A stretch of 64,000 nt of DNA from Oscillospiraceae bacterium Zagget6 (GTDB taxonomy: Bacteria > Bacillota > Clostridia > Oscillospirales > Oscillospiraceae), in NCBI GenBank assembly GCA_001941075.1, contig MSHH01000006.1, forward strand, positions 20,062-84,061, read 5' to 3'. The stretch's first letter is position 1; each line of letters starts with the position of its first letter. Shown here in pieces: positions 12,578 to 22,162 of the stretch. The notes beneath the pieces were generated by a model that did no database searches, had not been told where the DNA came from, and was given only the letters and a program-made list of their open reading frames with translations. Position numbers and translations under genes: made by a program.

Positions 12578-13437
12578 CAGAGCAGAAAAAGAAGCCTAAG
12601 AACCCAGCCCTGGCCCGCCGCCAGCGGCAGGGCTGGGTGCGCATCGGCGTGCAAATCGTGTTTTTCCTGACGGCCCCCTCGGTTTACGCCTCGGCGTTCT
12701 CCGGCCTCAAAGCCATTTTCACCGCCTTTGGGGAGGGGGAGCCGCTGGCCTGGTCCGCCTTCACCACCCATCTGGTGCTGCTGGTGGCGTTTACCATCCT
12801 CTTTGGCCGATACTTCTGCGGCTGGGCCTGCGCCTTTGGCGCGGTGGGGGACTGGATCTATCGCTTCTCCCAGTGGGCGCAGAAAAAGACCAAAATCAAG
12901 CTGCCCAAACTGCCGGAAAAGGCGGTCCTCGTGCTGCAATGGATGAAGTATGTGACGCTGGCGGCGGTGCTGGCCCTGTGCTTTCTGGGATACGGCGGCG
13001 CGGTCAGCCAAAACAGCCCGTGGACGGTGTTCTCGATGCTCATCTCCGGGAACTTCCGGCTGGCGGCCTACGGCGCGGCTATTGTGTTCCTGGTGACCAT
13101 TCTGATGGGCATGGCCCTCCAGGAGCGGTATTTCTGCCAGTTTTTCTGTCCGCTGGGGGCGGTGTTTTCCCTGTTGCCGGTGCTGCCCTTTTTCAATCTG
13201 AAACGGGACGCGGCTTCCTGCCCCGCCCGGTGCGGCGCGTGTCAGAAGAACTGTCCCGTCTCCCTCCAACTGGACCGGGACTCCCTCCGTCAGGGGGAGT
13301 GCATCCGCTGTGGCCGCTGCTCCGGTATTTGCCCCCGGAATAACATCTCCACCGCCTTTGGCCTGCTCAAGGGGGACGAGCTGTGGCCCGACCTGCTGCG
13401 GGGCGGGGTGCTGCTGGCGCTGATGCTCTTGCTGTGA
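12574..13437 (+). CDS. NapH/MauN-like 4Fe-4S integral membrane electron-transfer protein
   Basis: GRYFCGWAC, FCQFFCPLG, CxxxCxxCxxxCP and CxxCxxCxxxCP motifs with TM helices. Confidence 0.88.
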   Translation: MTEQKKKPKNPALARRQRQGWVRIGVQIVFFLTAPSVYASAFSGLKAIFTAFGEGEPLAWSAFTTHLVLLVAFTILFGRYFCGWACAFGAVGDWIYRFSQWAQKKTKIKLPKLPEKAVLVLQWMKYVTLAAVLALCFLGYGGAVSQNSPWTVFSMLISGNFRLAAYGAAIVFLVTILMGMALQERYFCQFFCPLGAVFSLLPVLPFFNLKRDAASCPARCGACQKNCPVSLQLDRDSLRQGECIRCGRCSGICPRNNISTAFGLLKGDELWPDLLRGGVLLALMLLL

Positions 13438-13474
13438 CCGGAAGATTTCTTTGCAAAAAAACGTCGATTGGGGC

Positions 13475-13503
13475 TTGACTTTTCCTCCTGCGGGTGGTAA
13501 AGT
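13475..13503 (+). promoter_or_regulatory. Sigma-A promoter of tRNA-Leu
   Basis: TTGACT - 17 bp - TAAAGT with extended TG. Confidence 0.7.
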
Positions 13504-13539
13504 ATCTCTTGCAGTGAGCGAGACCAGTCCTTTCGGTGT

Positions 13540-13627
13540 GCGCAAGTGGTGGAATTGGTAGACTCGCTGGCTTCAGGTGCCAGTGCTCATTGCGGGCGTG
13601 CGGGTTCGACTCCCGCCTTGCGCACCA
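13540..13627 (+). tRNA. tRNA-Leu (anticodon CAG)
   Basis: Acceptor GCGCAAG/CTTGCGC, anticodon arm CTGGC-TTCAGGT-GCCAG, long variable arm, GGTTCGACTCC, encoded CCA. Confidence 0.96.
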
Positions 13628-13632
13628 GCTTT

Positions 13633-13662
13633 ACACCCGTCCGGTTCGGACGGGTGTTTTTT
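13633..13662 (+). terminator. Intrinsic terminator after tRNA-Leu
   Basis: acacccgtccg-gtt-cggacgggtgt followed by T run. Confidence 0.85.
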
Positions 13663-13735
13663 GCCTGTATGACAAATGAAAGCAGGAGACCAATTCCCTT
13701 TGGAGCGGTCTCCTGCTTCGTTTTCTGTTTGGGTG

Positions 13736-14524
13736 CTATTGTCCGTATCGGTATAAAATGCCGGAAAAATTGTCCTGGTAGGGTTTGCGGCGCTCCAGCA
13801 CCATCCGCTCCAGGCGAATGGCCGCCGTGTCCGGGTTGGACCGGAGGGCAGAGACGATTTCCGCCTCGGTGAGGGTGTTGAACACCCCGTCCGACAACAG
13901 CAGCACCGTGTCCCCCGGCAGCAGCGTCACGGGGATGGTGTTTCGGTCCACTTCCTCCAGGTCGCCCATGCCCACGTAATTGGTCAGGGAGCGGCGCTGG
14001 GGGTGGCTGGCTACGGCGCTGGCGGGTAAAATTTCCTTCAAAAGGGTCAGGTCCAGCTTGCGGCCATAGGTCTGCTCCCGGTTCAGGAGAATTAAACCGT
14101 CCCCGCGGGCCAGGTAGATGCGGCTGTCGCCCACCGACAGGAAATAGAGCTGGTCGCCCTGTACCAGCGCCATGACCAGGGTGGAGCCGCTGGGTTCCTT
14201 GCCCACCAGCCGCTGGTTGACCTGGTGGTTGGCGTCTCCCAGCAGTTCCAGCAGCCAGGGGGCGGGGTCCGTGTCCACCGGACGCTGGACGAAAGCCCGT
14301 TGAAGGGTGTCCACCAGCAGGCGGCTGACGGCGCCCCCGTTGGCCAATCCCCCCATCCCGTCGGCCAGGGTCAACAGCACCCCTCGCTGGGTACAGAGCG
14401 CCTTGTCGCCCAGGTCAGAGACAGCAATGCTGTCCTGCTGGTCGGGCCGACTGCCAATGTTCAGCAAGGTGCCGCAGGCGTGGGCCGTCCTTTCTCTGGC
14501 GGACGGTTTTTGGATGTCATTCAC
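13736..14524 (-). CDS. PP2C-family Ser/Thr protein phosphatase
   Basis: RxxQQD, LADGMGG, VGDSR, LSDG, DN motifs. Confidence 0.92.
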   Translation of the reverse strand: MNDIQKPSARERTAHACGTLLNIGSRPDQQDSIAVSDLGDKALCTQRGVLLTLADGMGGLANGGAVSRLLVDTLQRAFVQRPVDTDPAPWLLELLGDANHQVNQRLVGKEPSGSTLVMALVQGDQLYFLSVGDSRIYLARGDGLILLNREQTYGRKLDLTLLKEILPASAVASHPQRRSLTNYVGMGDLEEVDRNTIPVTLLPGDTVLLLSDGVFNTLTEAEIVSALRSNPDTAAIRLERMVLERRKPYQDNFSGILYRYGQ

Positions 14525-14545
14525 AGGAGTTCGCCTCCTCCCGGC

Positions 14546-17320
14546 TCAAAAGAGGTTGATGGTGCATTTCGGCAGCGCGGTTTGCAGCGTCTCCAGCTCC
14601 GAAGCGGAGTAAGTGTTGTCGCTGATGCGCAGCTCGATCAAGTTGGTCAGGGTGTACAGCGGCTCCAGGCTGTCGATTTGGCAGTCGCACATGACCAGCA
14701 GGGTCAGGTTGGTCAGGCCGCTGACCGGCTCCAGGCTGGGGAAGGAGTTGTTGCCAATGGCCAGGGTCTCCAGCTCGGTCAACGTGGCAATGGGACTCAG
14801 GTCAGAGATGTTGTTGGAGGACAGGTAGAGAGTCTTTAGATGAATCAGCCCGGAGAGGCAGGAGATGTCCTCCGCCCGGTTGTAGCTCATGGTCAGCGAG
14901 GTCAAACTGTACAGCCGGGAGAGAGCGGAAAAATCGCTGATGGCGTTGCCGGACAGATCCAGCTCAGTCAGGTTGACCATGTATTTCAGGTCGTCAATGT
15001 CCCCATCCCCCAGGCTGGCGGAGCTGAGGTCCAGCTTGGTCAGGGAGGTGGAATAGTGCTTGCCACCAATGGTGACGGTGTCCGGGATGTCCAGCACCTC
15101 CACGTCCAGGGTGCAGGTACTCAGACGGCTGGAGAAGGATTCCAGCTGGCTGTTGGTCAGAGGGTTGCCGTCCACGAAAAGGGCCTGCAAATTGGACAGC
15201 GTGTAAAGGCTGGACAGGCTTTCCAGCTGGTTGTCGGACAGGTCCAAAGTGACCAGCCCGGTCAGGGAGGAAAGGCTGGAGCTGTCGGTCAGCTGGTTCC
15301 CGGCCAGGGAAAGGTTCGTCAAATGGGTCAGCCGCTGCAAGGGCGCGGGATCAGTGATGCTGTTGTCGGACAGGTCCAGAACGGTCAAATCGGTCAGGCC
15401 AGAAAGAGGGGAGAGGTCGCTGACGCTGTTGTCCGCCGCGTACAGCTCCACCAGGCCGTCCAGCTCCGACAGAGCGGAGAGACTGCTCAGGTCATTGCCG
15501 CTGATGTCCAGCACCTCCAACTCAGTCAGGGCGGAGATGCCCTCCAACGTGGTCAGGCCGCAGCCTGCCACCGACAGCTTTTTCAGGCTCGTCAGCTGAC
15601 AGATGGCCTTCCAGTCGGATTTGGTCAGGGAAGAGACCTCCTGCACCTCCCCATCGGGGGAATAGCTGCTGCTATAAGAGCTGTCCCCGCTCAGGTGTAG
15701 CTCGGTGGTGTCCAGCGGGTAGTCTGTTCCGGCGATGGTGACAACGTTGCCAGAGACAACGCTACTGTCTCCCGGTGAGACCATCTGAGGCAGCACTGCC
15801 GCCGTAAACACCAGGGCCACAGCCAGCACGATGATGACGCCGATCATCAGGGCCAGCAGACGGCGGTCCGGCCGGGTGATGACGGAAACCTCCGGCTCCT
15901 GGGGGGCGTCCTCCGATGTGCCGCCGGTCTCAACGGGGCGATAGAGGGTGATGTCCGGCTCGGAGATCACAGGGAGCGAAGCGGAAGTGCCCCTTGAGGG
16001 CAGCGGTTCTTCCGGCTCGTTGTCCGGTTCTGACGGCTCCTCAACAGATGTTGGAGGCTCCTCCGCCGAGGGCGGCGGCAGGTCGGGTTTCGTCTGTGCG
16101 GCAGGTGCGGAGACGGTGAGCGGATTCTCTGACGGCTGTTCCGCCGAGGGAAGAACGGTGTGCTCCGGTTCCTCCAGCGGTGTCGGCTTGCCAGAGGCAG
16201 AGCCAGGCTTCTCCATAGCGGGGACCGGCACCTTGGTGCGCTCCGGTGGCTCCATAGGGGTGACCACCATGGTCTTGCCGTCCGGGTCAGAGAAGGCAGG
16301 GGAGGGGCGCACCGGGATGTTCAGCTGTGGCCGGCCGGTGGCGGCCTTTTTCAGCTTGCTCCAGAAGGTGGGAATGTCCTGATAGCGGGCAGTGACCGGC
16401 AGGGCCATGCCCCGCAGCAACACCGCCTCCGCCTCCGGCGTCACATCTGCGCCCAGAGCGGAAGGAGGTTTCAGCTTGTCGCCGCCGATGCTCCGGTCCA
16501 TGGAATCCGGCGGAATTTTCCCGGTCAGGCACCAGTAGACCGTGGCGGCGAAGGCGTACACGTCCGTCCAGGGGCCTTGCAGGTTGCTGGAGCCGTACTG
16601 CTCCGGCGGCGCAAAGCCGTGTTTCAGGGTGGCGTTGCCGGTGGTGCTCTCCTCCTCAGTGAAGCTGTGGGACGCGCCGAAGTCCAGCAGCTTTTGCTGG
16701 CCGTTTTTGGCGCACATGATGTTGTCCGGGCTGATGTCCCGGTGGATCAGCCCAGCCTCGTGGATGCTGACCAGCGAGTCGGAGATCGGCTCCAACAGGT
16801 CCAGCACCTGCTCCAGGGGCAAGGGGCGCTTCATGTATTTGACGAGGGTGGAGCCGTCCACATACTCCATGATGTAATAGGCGGTGTTGTTGGCCTCGAA
16901 AAAGTCGGTGACGGAGACCACGCCGGGGGAGGAGGCCAGCTTCGCCTGACGGCGGGCCTCAAAGAGGAAATGGCGCAGGCCGCTGGCGTACTCGTCCAGG
17001 GCGCGGGTCCCCTTGATGGCGTTGACGGTGACGGTGGTGGAGACGGAGGAATCGCGCCCCACCAGCGAGGAGGGGAAATATTCTTTTACGGCAACCGTGT
17101 TGCCCATCCGCAGGTCATAGGCCCGGTAGGTGATGCCAAATCCGCCCTGACCCAGGGTTCCGCCCACCACATAGCGGTGGTCCAGCACCGTCCGGGGCGG
17201 GAGCGCCGGGGAACAAAGGGTCAGTGTGCGGTCGTCACCGCCGCAGAATGGGCAGGGGTACTGGCGCGGCGCCGGTGTTTCCCTCATACACAAAAGGCAA
17301 ACATGATCAGCACTGGTCAT
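14546..17320 (-). CDS. Hanks-type Ser/Thr kinase with TM helix and C-terminal leucine-rich repeats
   Basis: N-terminal CxxC/CxxC, GQGGFG, VAVKE, HRDISPDN, DFG, PPE; Pro-rich linker; TM LLALMIGVIIVLAVALVF; internalin-like LxxLxLSxNxI repeats. Confidence 0.92.
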   Translation of the reverse strand: MTSADHVCLLCMRETPAPRQYPCPFCGGDDRTLTLCSPALPPRTVLDHRYVVGGTLGQGGFGITYRAYDLRMGNTVAVKEYFPSSLVGRDSSVSTTVTVNAIKGTRALDEYASGLRHFLFEARRQAKLASSPGVVSVTDFFEANNTAYYIMEYVDGSTLVKYMKRPLPLEQVLDLLEPISDSLVSIHEAGLIHRDISPDNIMCAKNGQQKLLDFGASHSFTEEESTTGNATLKHGFAPPEQYGSSNLQGPWTDVYAFAATVYWCLTGKIPPDSMDRSIGGDKLKPPSALGADVTPEAEAVLLRGMALPVTARYQDIPTFWSKLKKAATGRPQLNIPVRPSPAFSDPDGKTMVVTPMEPPERTKVPVPAMEKPGSASGKPTPLEEPEHTVLPSAEQPSENPLTVSAPAAQTKPDLPPPSAEEPPTSVEEPSEPDNEPEEPLPSRGTSASLPVISEPDITLYRPVETGGTSEDAPQEPEVSVITRPDRRLLALMIGVIIVLAVALVFTAAVLPQMVSPGDSSVVSGNVVTIAGTDYPLDTTELHLSGDSSYSSSYSPDGEVQEVSSLTKSDWKAICQLTSLKKLSVAGCGLTTLEGISALTELEVLDISGNDLSSLSALSELDGLVELYAADNSVSDLSPLSGLTDLTVLDLSDNSITDPAPLQRLTHLTNLSLAGNQLTDSSSLSSLTGLVTLDLSDNQLESLSSLYTLSNLQALFVDGNPLTNSQLESFSSRLSTCTLDVEVLDIPDTVTIGGKHYSTSLTKLDLSSASLGDGDIDDLKYMVNLTELDLSGNAISDFSALSRLYSLTSLTMSYNRAEDISCLSGLIHLKTLYLSSNNISDLSPIATLTELETLAIGNNSFPSLEPVSGLTNLTLLVMCDCQIDSLEPLYTLTNLIELRISDNTYSASELETLQTALPKCTINLF

Positions 17321-17531
17321 TTGATAGCTCCTTGTTACGCATCTATCTAACTCTGTCGCGGAATTTGTCGAACAGAGGGGTGTTAAACCGATATACTATA
17401 TCATATCCGTTTTTCTCCCGTTGCGCAAGAGCAATTCACTGTGAAATTGCAGGAAAGACGCGATTTCTTTCAGGATTCCCGTCCCTTCCCCAAAAAGAAC
17501 GCCCCCTCTCCCGGAGGAGAAGGGGTGAGTA

Positions 17532-18731
17532 TCAGCAATACTTTGCCATCATGCTGGCTACGAACTGGTTGGCGGAGCGGGGACTGCGGCTGGGGTGCCG
17601 GATGTCCCACCGGACGGCCTCCGCCTGGATGGTCTCGTGGTCCACGTTCAGGCCCTTGGCGTGGGCCAGGTCCTCGGCCATTTGGATGAACTGAGCCTTG
17701 TTCAGCTCGGAGAACAGGATGCGCAGGCCGAACCGCTCGGCCAGGGAGGTCTTGTCCTGAATGGTCTCGTTGGCGTCCACCTCGTCGCCGCTGCGGTCAG
17801 AGAAGTTCTGCCGCACCAGATGCCGCCGGTTGGAGGTGCAGTAGACCGCGACGTTGGCGGGGCGCGGCTCCAGTCCGCCCTCCAGGATGGTTTTCAGAGA
17901 GGAGAAGGTCTTGTCCGCCTTGTCAAAGGCCAGGTCGTCGATGAAGATGATGAACTTCTGGGGACGGTGGCCCAGGGTACGCACCAGACGGGGGATGTCG
18001 GTCAGATCCTCCTTCTGGACCTCGATGAGCCGCAGGCCCTCGAACTCCGGCATCCCCAGCATGGCTTTGACCGTGGCGCTCTTGCCGGTGCCGCTGGCCC
18101 CATAGAGCAGCACGTTGTTCACCGCTTTGCCGGCCATCAGAGCGCGGGTGTTCTCGATGACCTGGTTCCGCTGGCGCTGGTAGCCCCACATGGAACCTTC
18201 GGGCAGGAAGTCCGGGTGAGGCACCGGGTAGAGCTGGCCCTCCTGCCAGACGAACGCCTGATAGCGGGCGAAAGTGCCGCTGCCGTTGACCCGATAGAAC
18301 CGCAGCAGCTCCTCATAGGAGAAGGCGGTACCCACGTTCCACTCCGGCAACTCCTCCACCAGCGTCCGCCAGCTGGAGGGCTGCTGGGCGGCCAGCTCCC
18401 CTTTCAGCTCCTTGCAGCGGAGGTTAGAGACGTTTTGCAGCACCTGAATGTCGTGCCGGGCGGCCCGCTCCATGACGCCGGAGACCTGCCCACGTGCGGC
18501 GGTCTCGGCAAAGGGGGACTCGTCATAGCGGATGTGTTCGTGGAGATACTCTGCCAGGCTGTCGCAGCCCTCGGCGGTCAGAGCGTAAAAGACGTTGGCG
18601 TAGTCGTCCACCTTGGCCTCGCCAGCCTCCAGGTTTTTCAGCAGGGTTTGCAGGGCGCTGACCGGCTTTAATTGGAGCAGCCCCCGGTAAACCAGAAGGC
18701 TGCTGAGCTGTGCGTATAAATTCTGTTCCAT
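17532..18731 (-). CDS. AAA+ ATPase, DUF815 family
   Basis: NNVLLYGASGTGKS Walker A, FIDDL Walker B, TSNRRHLV, SLAERFG. Confidence 0.88.
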   Translation of the reverse strand: MEQNLYAQLSSLLVYRGLLQLKPVSALQTLLKNLEAGEAKVDDYANVFYALTAEGCDSLAEYLHEHIRYDESPFAETAARGQVSGVMERAARHDIQVLQNVSNLRCKELKGELAAQQPSSWRTLVEELPEWNVGTAFSYEELLRFYRVNGSGTFARYQAFVWQEGQLYPVPHPDFLPEGSMWGYQRQRNQVIENTRALMAGKAVNNVLLYGASGTGKSATVKAMLGMPEFEGLRLIEVQKEDLTDIPRLVRTLGHRPQKFIIFIDDLAFDKADKTFSSLKTILEGGLEPRPANVAVYCTSNRRHLVRQNFSDRSGDEVDANETIQDKTSLAERFGLRILFSELNKAQFIQMAEDLAHAKGLNVDHETIQAEAVRWDIRHPSRSPRSANQFVASMMAKYC

Positions 18732-18751
18732 TGCGGTTCGCTTCTTTCTAT

Positions 18752-18923
18752 GTTAGCTCTTAGCTTTTAGCTATTAGCTCTTAGCTTGGTGGTGCTTTCT
18801 TTTAAGTGTTGCGTTTTGAATGGATTGCTTTTTACAAAAGGATTACAGCGCATTTTGTCATTTGCTGTTCGCTTTTGGTTTGCAGCGCCTGACTAACGGC
18901 TAGCAGCTAACAGCTAATAGCTC
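18752..18923. repeat. Heptamer-armed inverted-repeat (MITE-like) element, copy 2
   Basis: ttagctc ttagctt ttagcta ttagctc ttagctt ... ctaacgg ctagcag ctaacag ctaatag ctc. Confidence 0.75.
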
Positions 18924-18924
18924 A

Positions 18925-19368
18925 TTACAAATCAATCGTAATCAAAATCTCCTGGGTAGAGGGATTGCCCTCTGTTCCGTCCGCCAGGATGGGGGTGCAG
19001 GTGATAGAGATGGTGTGGCTCCGGCCATGCCACCGCTCGGTCACGTCCCACTGGACCTTTTCGCCGGGGGCCACCGGGTCGCTGGTAAAGAGGACGGTCC
19101 CATCGTAGTCCGCGATGACGAACTGAAAGTCCACCTCGTTGTTCTTGCTGTTGGACATATTCAGCATATGGCTGTCCGCAGTGAAGGTCTTGTCGGTAAA
19201 GGCGGGGTAGATGATGTACTCCGGCTCCACCACCACTTCCTCCACGCTGGCGGAGGAGGAGGTCTCCGCCACGGAGACGGAACCGTCCCCGGCGTTCTGG
19301 CCGCACCCGCACAGCCCCGCCACCAGCAGCGCCGTGACGCACCATTTTCCTATGCCCCGCAGATCCAT
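18925..19368 (-). CDS. Hypothetical lipoprotein (147 aa)
   Basis: Internal ATG at 19368; MDLRGIGKW...LCGC lipobox; beta-rich C-terminal domain. Confidence 0.7.
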   Translation of the reverse strand: MDLRGIGKWCVTALLVAGLCGCGQNAGDGSVSVAETSSSASVEEVVVEPEYIIYPAFTDKTFTADSHMLNMSNSKNNEVDFQFVIADYDGTVLFTSDPVAPGEKVQWDVTERWHGRSHTISITCTPILADGTEGNPSTQEILITIDL

Positions 19369-19517
19369 GTTTCTGCCCCCGTTAAAAATCAGACTTTGGC
19401 AGCGCCGCACAGGAGCGGCGCAAACCTTCCTTAGTATAGCCGATTTTTCAGGGAAAAACAAGGGAGGATCAACGGAAAATGCAATCTTTCCTGCAAGGCA
19501 ATTTCTGCTGTCGCGGC

Positions 19518-20840
19518 TTAGCCGTCGGCGGACGGCGTTCCCCGGAGGTTGACGGCGGAGTTTTTCACCATGTCCGCCTCCTGCGCCTCCAAAATGCCCC
19601 CGATGAGGGGATTGGAGCGCAGGAAGCCCTCCGGCGTGAAGTGCCACCGGCCCTGTTCGCAGACCGCCCAGCCCTGGGCGGCGTATTGCTCCAGCCTGGC
19701 CTGGAGGGGGGCGAAGCTCATGCGGAATAGCTTGTGGTATTCCTCTTGCAATATGCCCTCTGTGGTGCGCAGCCGAAGCATCACATACTCTCTGGCCCGC
19801 TCCTTTTCGGGAATTTGCTCCGACTCGGCCACCAGCTCCTTGCCGCTGGCCATGCCGTCGATGTAGCCCTCCAGGTCGGCAATGTAGCTGTAACGGCAAC
19901 CGCCGAAGTCGGAGTGAGCGGCGGGGCCGAAGCCCACGTATTCCTCCCCCCGCCAATACTTCTGGTTGTGCCGGGAGGCATAGCCGGGCTTGGCGAAATT
20001 GGAAATTTCGTACTGCTCGTATCCGGCGGCTTTCAACCGCTCCACCGCCCAGAGGTAGCGGTCTGCCAGCTCGTCATCGTCCGCCAAAGGGGTGCGTTCT
20101 CTTGCAGCCCACAGGGGGGTCCCCTCCTCCAGGGTCAGCGCGTAGAGGGAGAGATGCTCCGGCCCCAGGGAAAGAGCCTCCTCCACGCTGGCCTGCCAGC
20201 TCTCCATGGTCTGCCCCGGCAGACCGTAAATCAGATCCAGGCTGAGGTTTTTGATCTTCCCCTTGCGGATGGTCTGCACCGCCTTACGGGTCTGCTCCAT
20301 GGTGTGGGGGCGGCCCACCGCCCGCAGCTCGTCGTCCTGGGCGGACTGCATCCCCAGGGAAATGCGGTTGACCCCGGCCTTGCGCACCGTGCGGATGAGA
20401 GAGAGGGTCACGCTGTCCGGGTTGCACTCCATGGTGAACTCACAGTTTTTGGCCAGGTGCAGCGTCTTGGTCAGGAGGTTCAGCAGGTTTTTCAGCCGCT
20501 GCTCCCCGAAGATGGATGGCGTGCCGCCGCCCAGATAGACGGTGTCCACCGTGTAGGAGGCCATGCTGGGGGCCAGCTCGTTGAGGTTGGCGGACAGGGA
20601 CAGGGCGTAGGCGTCCATCCGGCTCTCGTGGCCGGGCAGGGAGTAGAAGTCGCAGTAGGCGCACTTGCTCTTGCAAAAGGGAATGTGAATGTAAACCCCC
20701 AGCGTCCGGTCCCGGAGGCTCCGCTCCAGCTCCTTAATGCGCTTTTCCTCCCGCTTCTGGTGCTGGCGGACGGTTTTCAGGTTGGTGACCGGCTTCTGAT
20801 GCCGCTTCCGGGGGGTGGGGCTTTTTCTCTTGCCAAACAT
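19518..20840 (-). CDS. hemW: Radical SAM heme chaperone HemW (HemN-like)
   Basis: YIHIPFCxxxCxYCDF, GGGTPS, YEISNF, HNxxYW motifs. Confidence 0.88.
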   Translation of the reverse strand: MFGKRKSPTPRKRHQKPVTNLKTVRQHQKREEKRIKELERSLRDRTLGVYIHIPFCKSKCAYCDFYSLPGHESRMDAYALSLSANLNELAPSMASYTVDTVYLGGGTPSIFGEQRLKNLLNLLTKTLHLAKNCEFTMECNPDSVTLSLIRTVRKAGVNRISLGMQSAQDDELRAVGRPHTMEQTRKAVQTIRKGKIKNLSLDLIYGLPGQTMESWQASVEEALSLGPEHLSLYALTLEEGTPLWAARERTPLADDDELADRYLWAVERLKAAGYEQYEISNFAKPGYASRHNQKYWRGEEYVGFGPAAHSDFGGCRYSYIADLEGYIDGMASGKELVAESEQIPEKERAREYVMLRLRTTEGILQEEYHKLFRMSFAPLQARLEQYAAQGWAVCEQGRWHFTPEGFLRSNPLIGGILEAQEADMVKNSAVNLRGTPSADG

Positions 20841-21045
20841 TGGGGTTTCAGCTCCGTTCTGGTTGTGGGATAAGTATGCTTCTCATTATTATAACAGGTT
20901 GTTGCCCTGCGGGAAAGACTTTTTTCACGTCGTTCCCGCTTTTCCCGGCCTGTAGCGATGGATGAGGGGCTGTACCGCGCAAAAAAAGAAGCGCCGCAGC
21001 TTTCGATGCGCTGCAACGCTTCTCTTGTCTTGATTTCCGCTTGTT

Positions 21046-21807
21046 TTATTCCTTTACGCTGGCGCTGTAAACGTCATCGGTAACAGCCTCCAGCCACTCG
21101 TTAGAGGTGTGCTCGCCGGGGACCTCCACCGCCAGGTGGGAGAACCAGCTGTCCGGCGCGGCGCCGTGCCAGTGCTTGACCCCGACGGGGATGTTGATGC
21201 AGTCGCCGGGCTTCATCTCCACGGCGGCTTTGCCCCACTCCTGATAATAGCCGCGTCCGGCCACGCAGATCAAAATCTGACCGCCGCCCTTGTCTGCTTG
21301 GTGAATGTGCCAGTTGTTGCGGCAGCCCGGCTCAAAGGTCACGTTGAAGATGCCCACCTGCCCGACGGATACGGGAGCGAGATAGCTCTGCCCGACAAAA
21401 TACTGGGCGTAGGTGTCGTTGGGCGCGCCGATGGGAAAGACCATCTCGGCGGCGTGGGCGGCCTTTTCATCGGCGGGAACGGCGTCCTCCGCCCAGACCT
21501 CTTTCGCCAGGTTGAACACCGCCCAGCCCTTGGGCCAGCCCACATAAAAGGCGGTGTGGGTGATGACCGCCGCAATTTCCTTTTTGGTCACGCCGGCCTG
21601 CTTCGCGTTCTCCAGGTGGTAGGTGAGGGAAGAATCCGTGATGCCGGAGGACATCAGCGCCACCACAGTGATGATGCAGCGGGTCTTGTGGTCGATGTCG
21701 GTGTTGTTCCAGTTCTCGCCAAAGAGCACGTCGTCATTGAAGTGGGCGAACTCCGGCGCAAACGCTCCCAGGGCGTTCCGCCCTGCCGTCTGTACGATTT
21801 TTTCCAT
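21046..21807 (-). CDS. Carboxymuconolactone decarboxylase-like + cupin fusion protein
   Basis: N-terminal CMD domain (AFYVGWP); C-terminal cupin (NNWHIH, KHWHGA). Confidence 0.85.
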   Translation of the reverse strand: MEKIVQTAGRNALGAFAPEFAHFNDDVLFGENWNNTDIDHKTRCIITVVALMSSGITDSSLTYHLENAKQAGVTKKEIAAVITHTAFYVGWPKGWAVFNLAKEVWAEDAVPADEKAAHAAEMVFPIGAPNDTYAQYFVGQSYLAPVSVGQVGIFNVTFEPGCRNNWHIHQADKGGGQILICVAGRGYYQEWGKAAVEMKPGDCINIPVGVKHWHGAAPDSWFSHLAVEVPGEHTSNEWLEAVTDDVYSASVKE

Positions 21808-21822
21808 GAGAAAGCCTCCGTT

Positions 21823-22152
21823 TTACTTCCGAATAAACTGTTCATCCTGAGCGGGCAGCCCGTCGTCGGAGACATAGCGCTCGGCCTTCATGTGCAGGTC
21901 GTATTTGTCCCGCAGTTCCGCGATCTTCCCCATCATGGGGGTGGCGTGGTGGATGTCGATAGCCTCCTGGTTCTCCCAGGCGTCGATGAGCAGCACAGTC
22001 TCCGGGTCGTCCATGGGGAAGAAGTACTCATAGCGAAGGTTGCCCGCTTCGGCGCGAATCTGCGCCACGGTGCCGCTGGAGACCATCTCCTGGGCGAATT
22101 TTTTGGCGTTTCCGTTGACGCCGGTGTAATAAAGATTCATTGCGATAGCCAT
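21823..22152 (-). CDS. Antibiotic biosynthesis monooxygenase (ABM)-family protein
   Basis: IRAEAGNLRYEY...W...HH pattern of putative quinol monooxygenases. Confidence 0.8.
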   Translation of the reverse strand: MAIAMNLYYTGVNGNAKKFAQEMVSSGTVAQIRAEAGNLRYEYFFPMDDPETVLLIDAWENQEAIDIHHATPMMGKIAELRDKYDLHMKAERYVSDDGLPAQDEQFIRK

Positions 22153-22162
22153 AATATCCTCC

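Noticed and set aside
13540-13627. tRNA-Leu as attachment site for the flavin locus or the kinase pair
   Set aside because: No integrase and no duplicated tRNA 3' end noticed; flanking genes have host-like codon usage
13546-13872. 108-aa ORF
   Set aside because: Overlaps the tRNA-Leu and its terminator
19369-19956. N-terminal 196 aa of the 343-aa ORF 18925-19956
   Set aside because: Overlaps hemW in another frame; lipoprotein signal begins at ATG 19368
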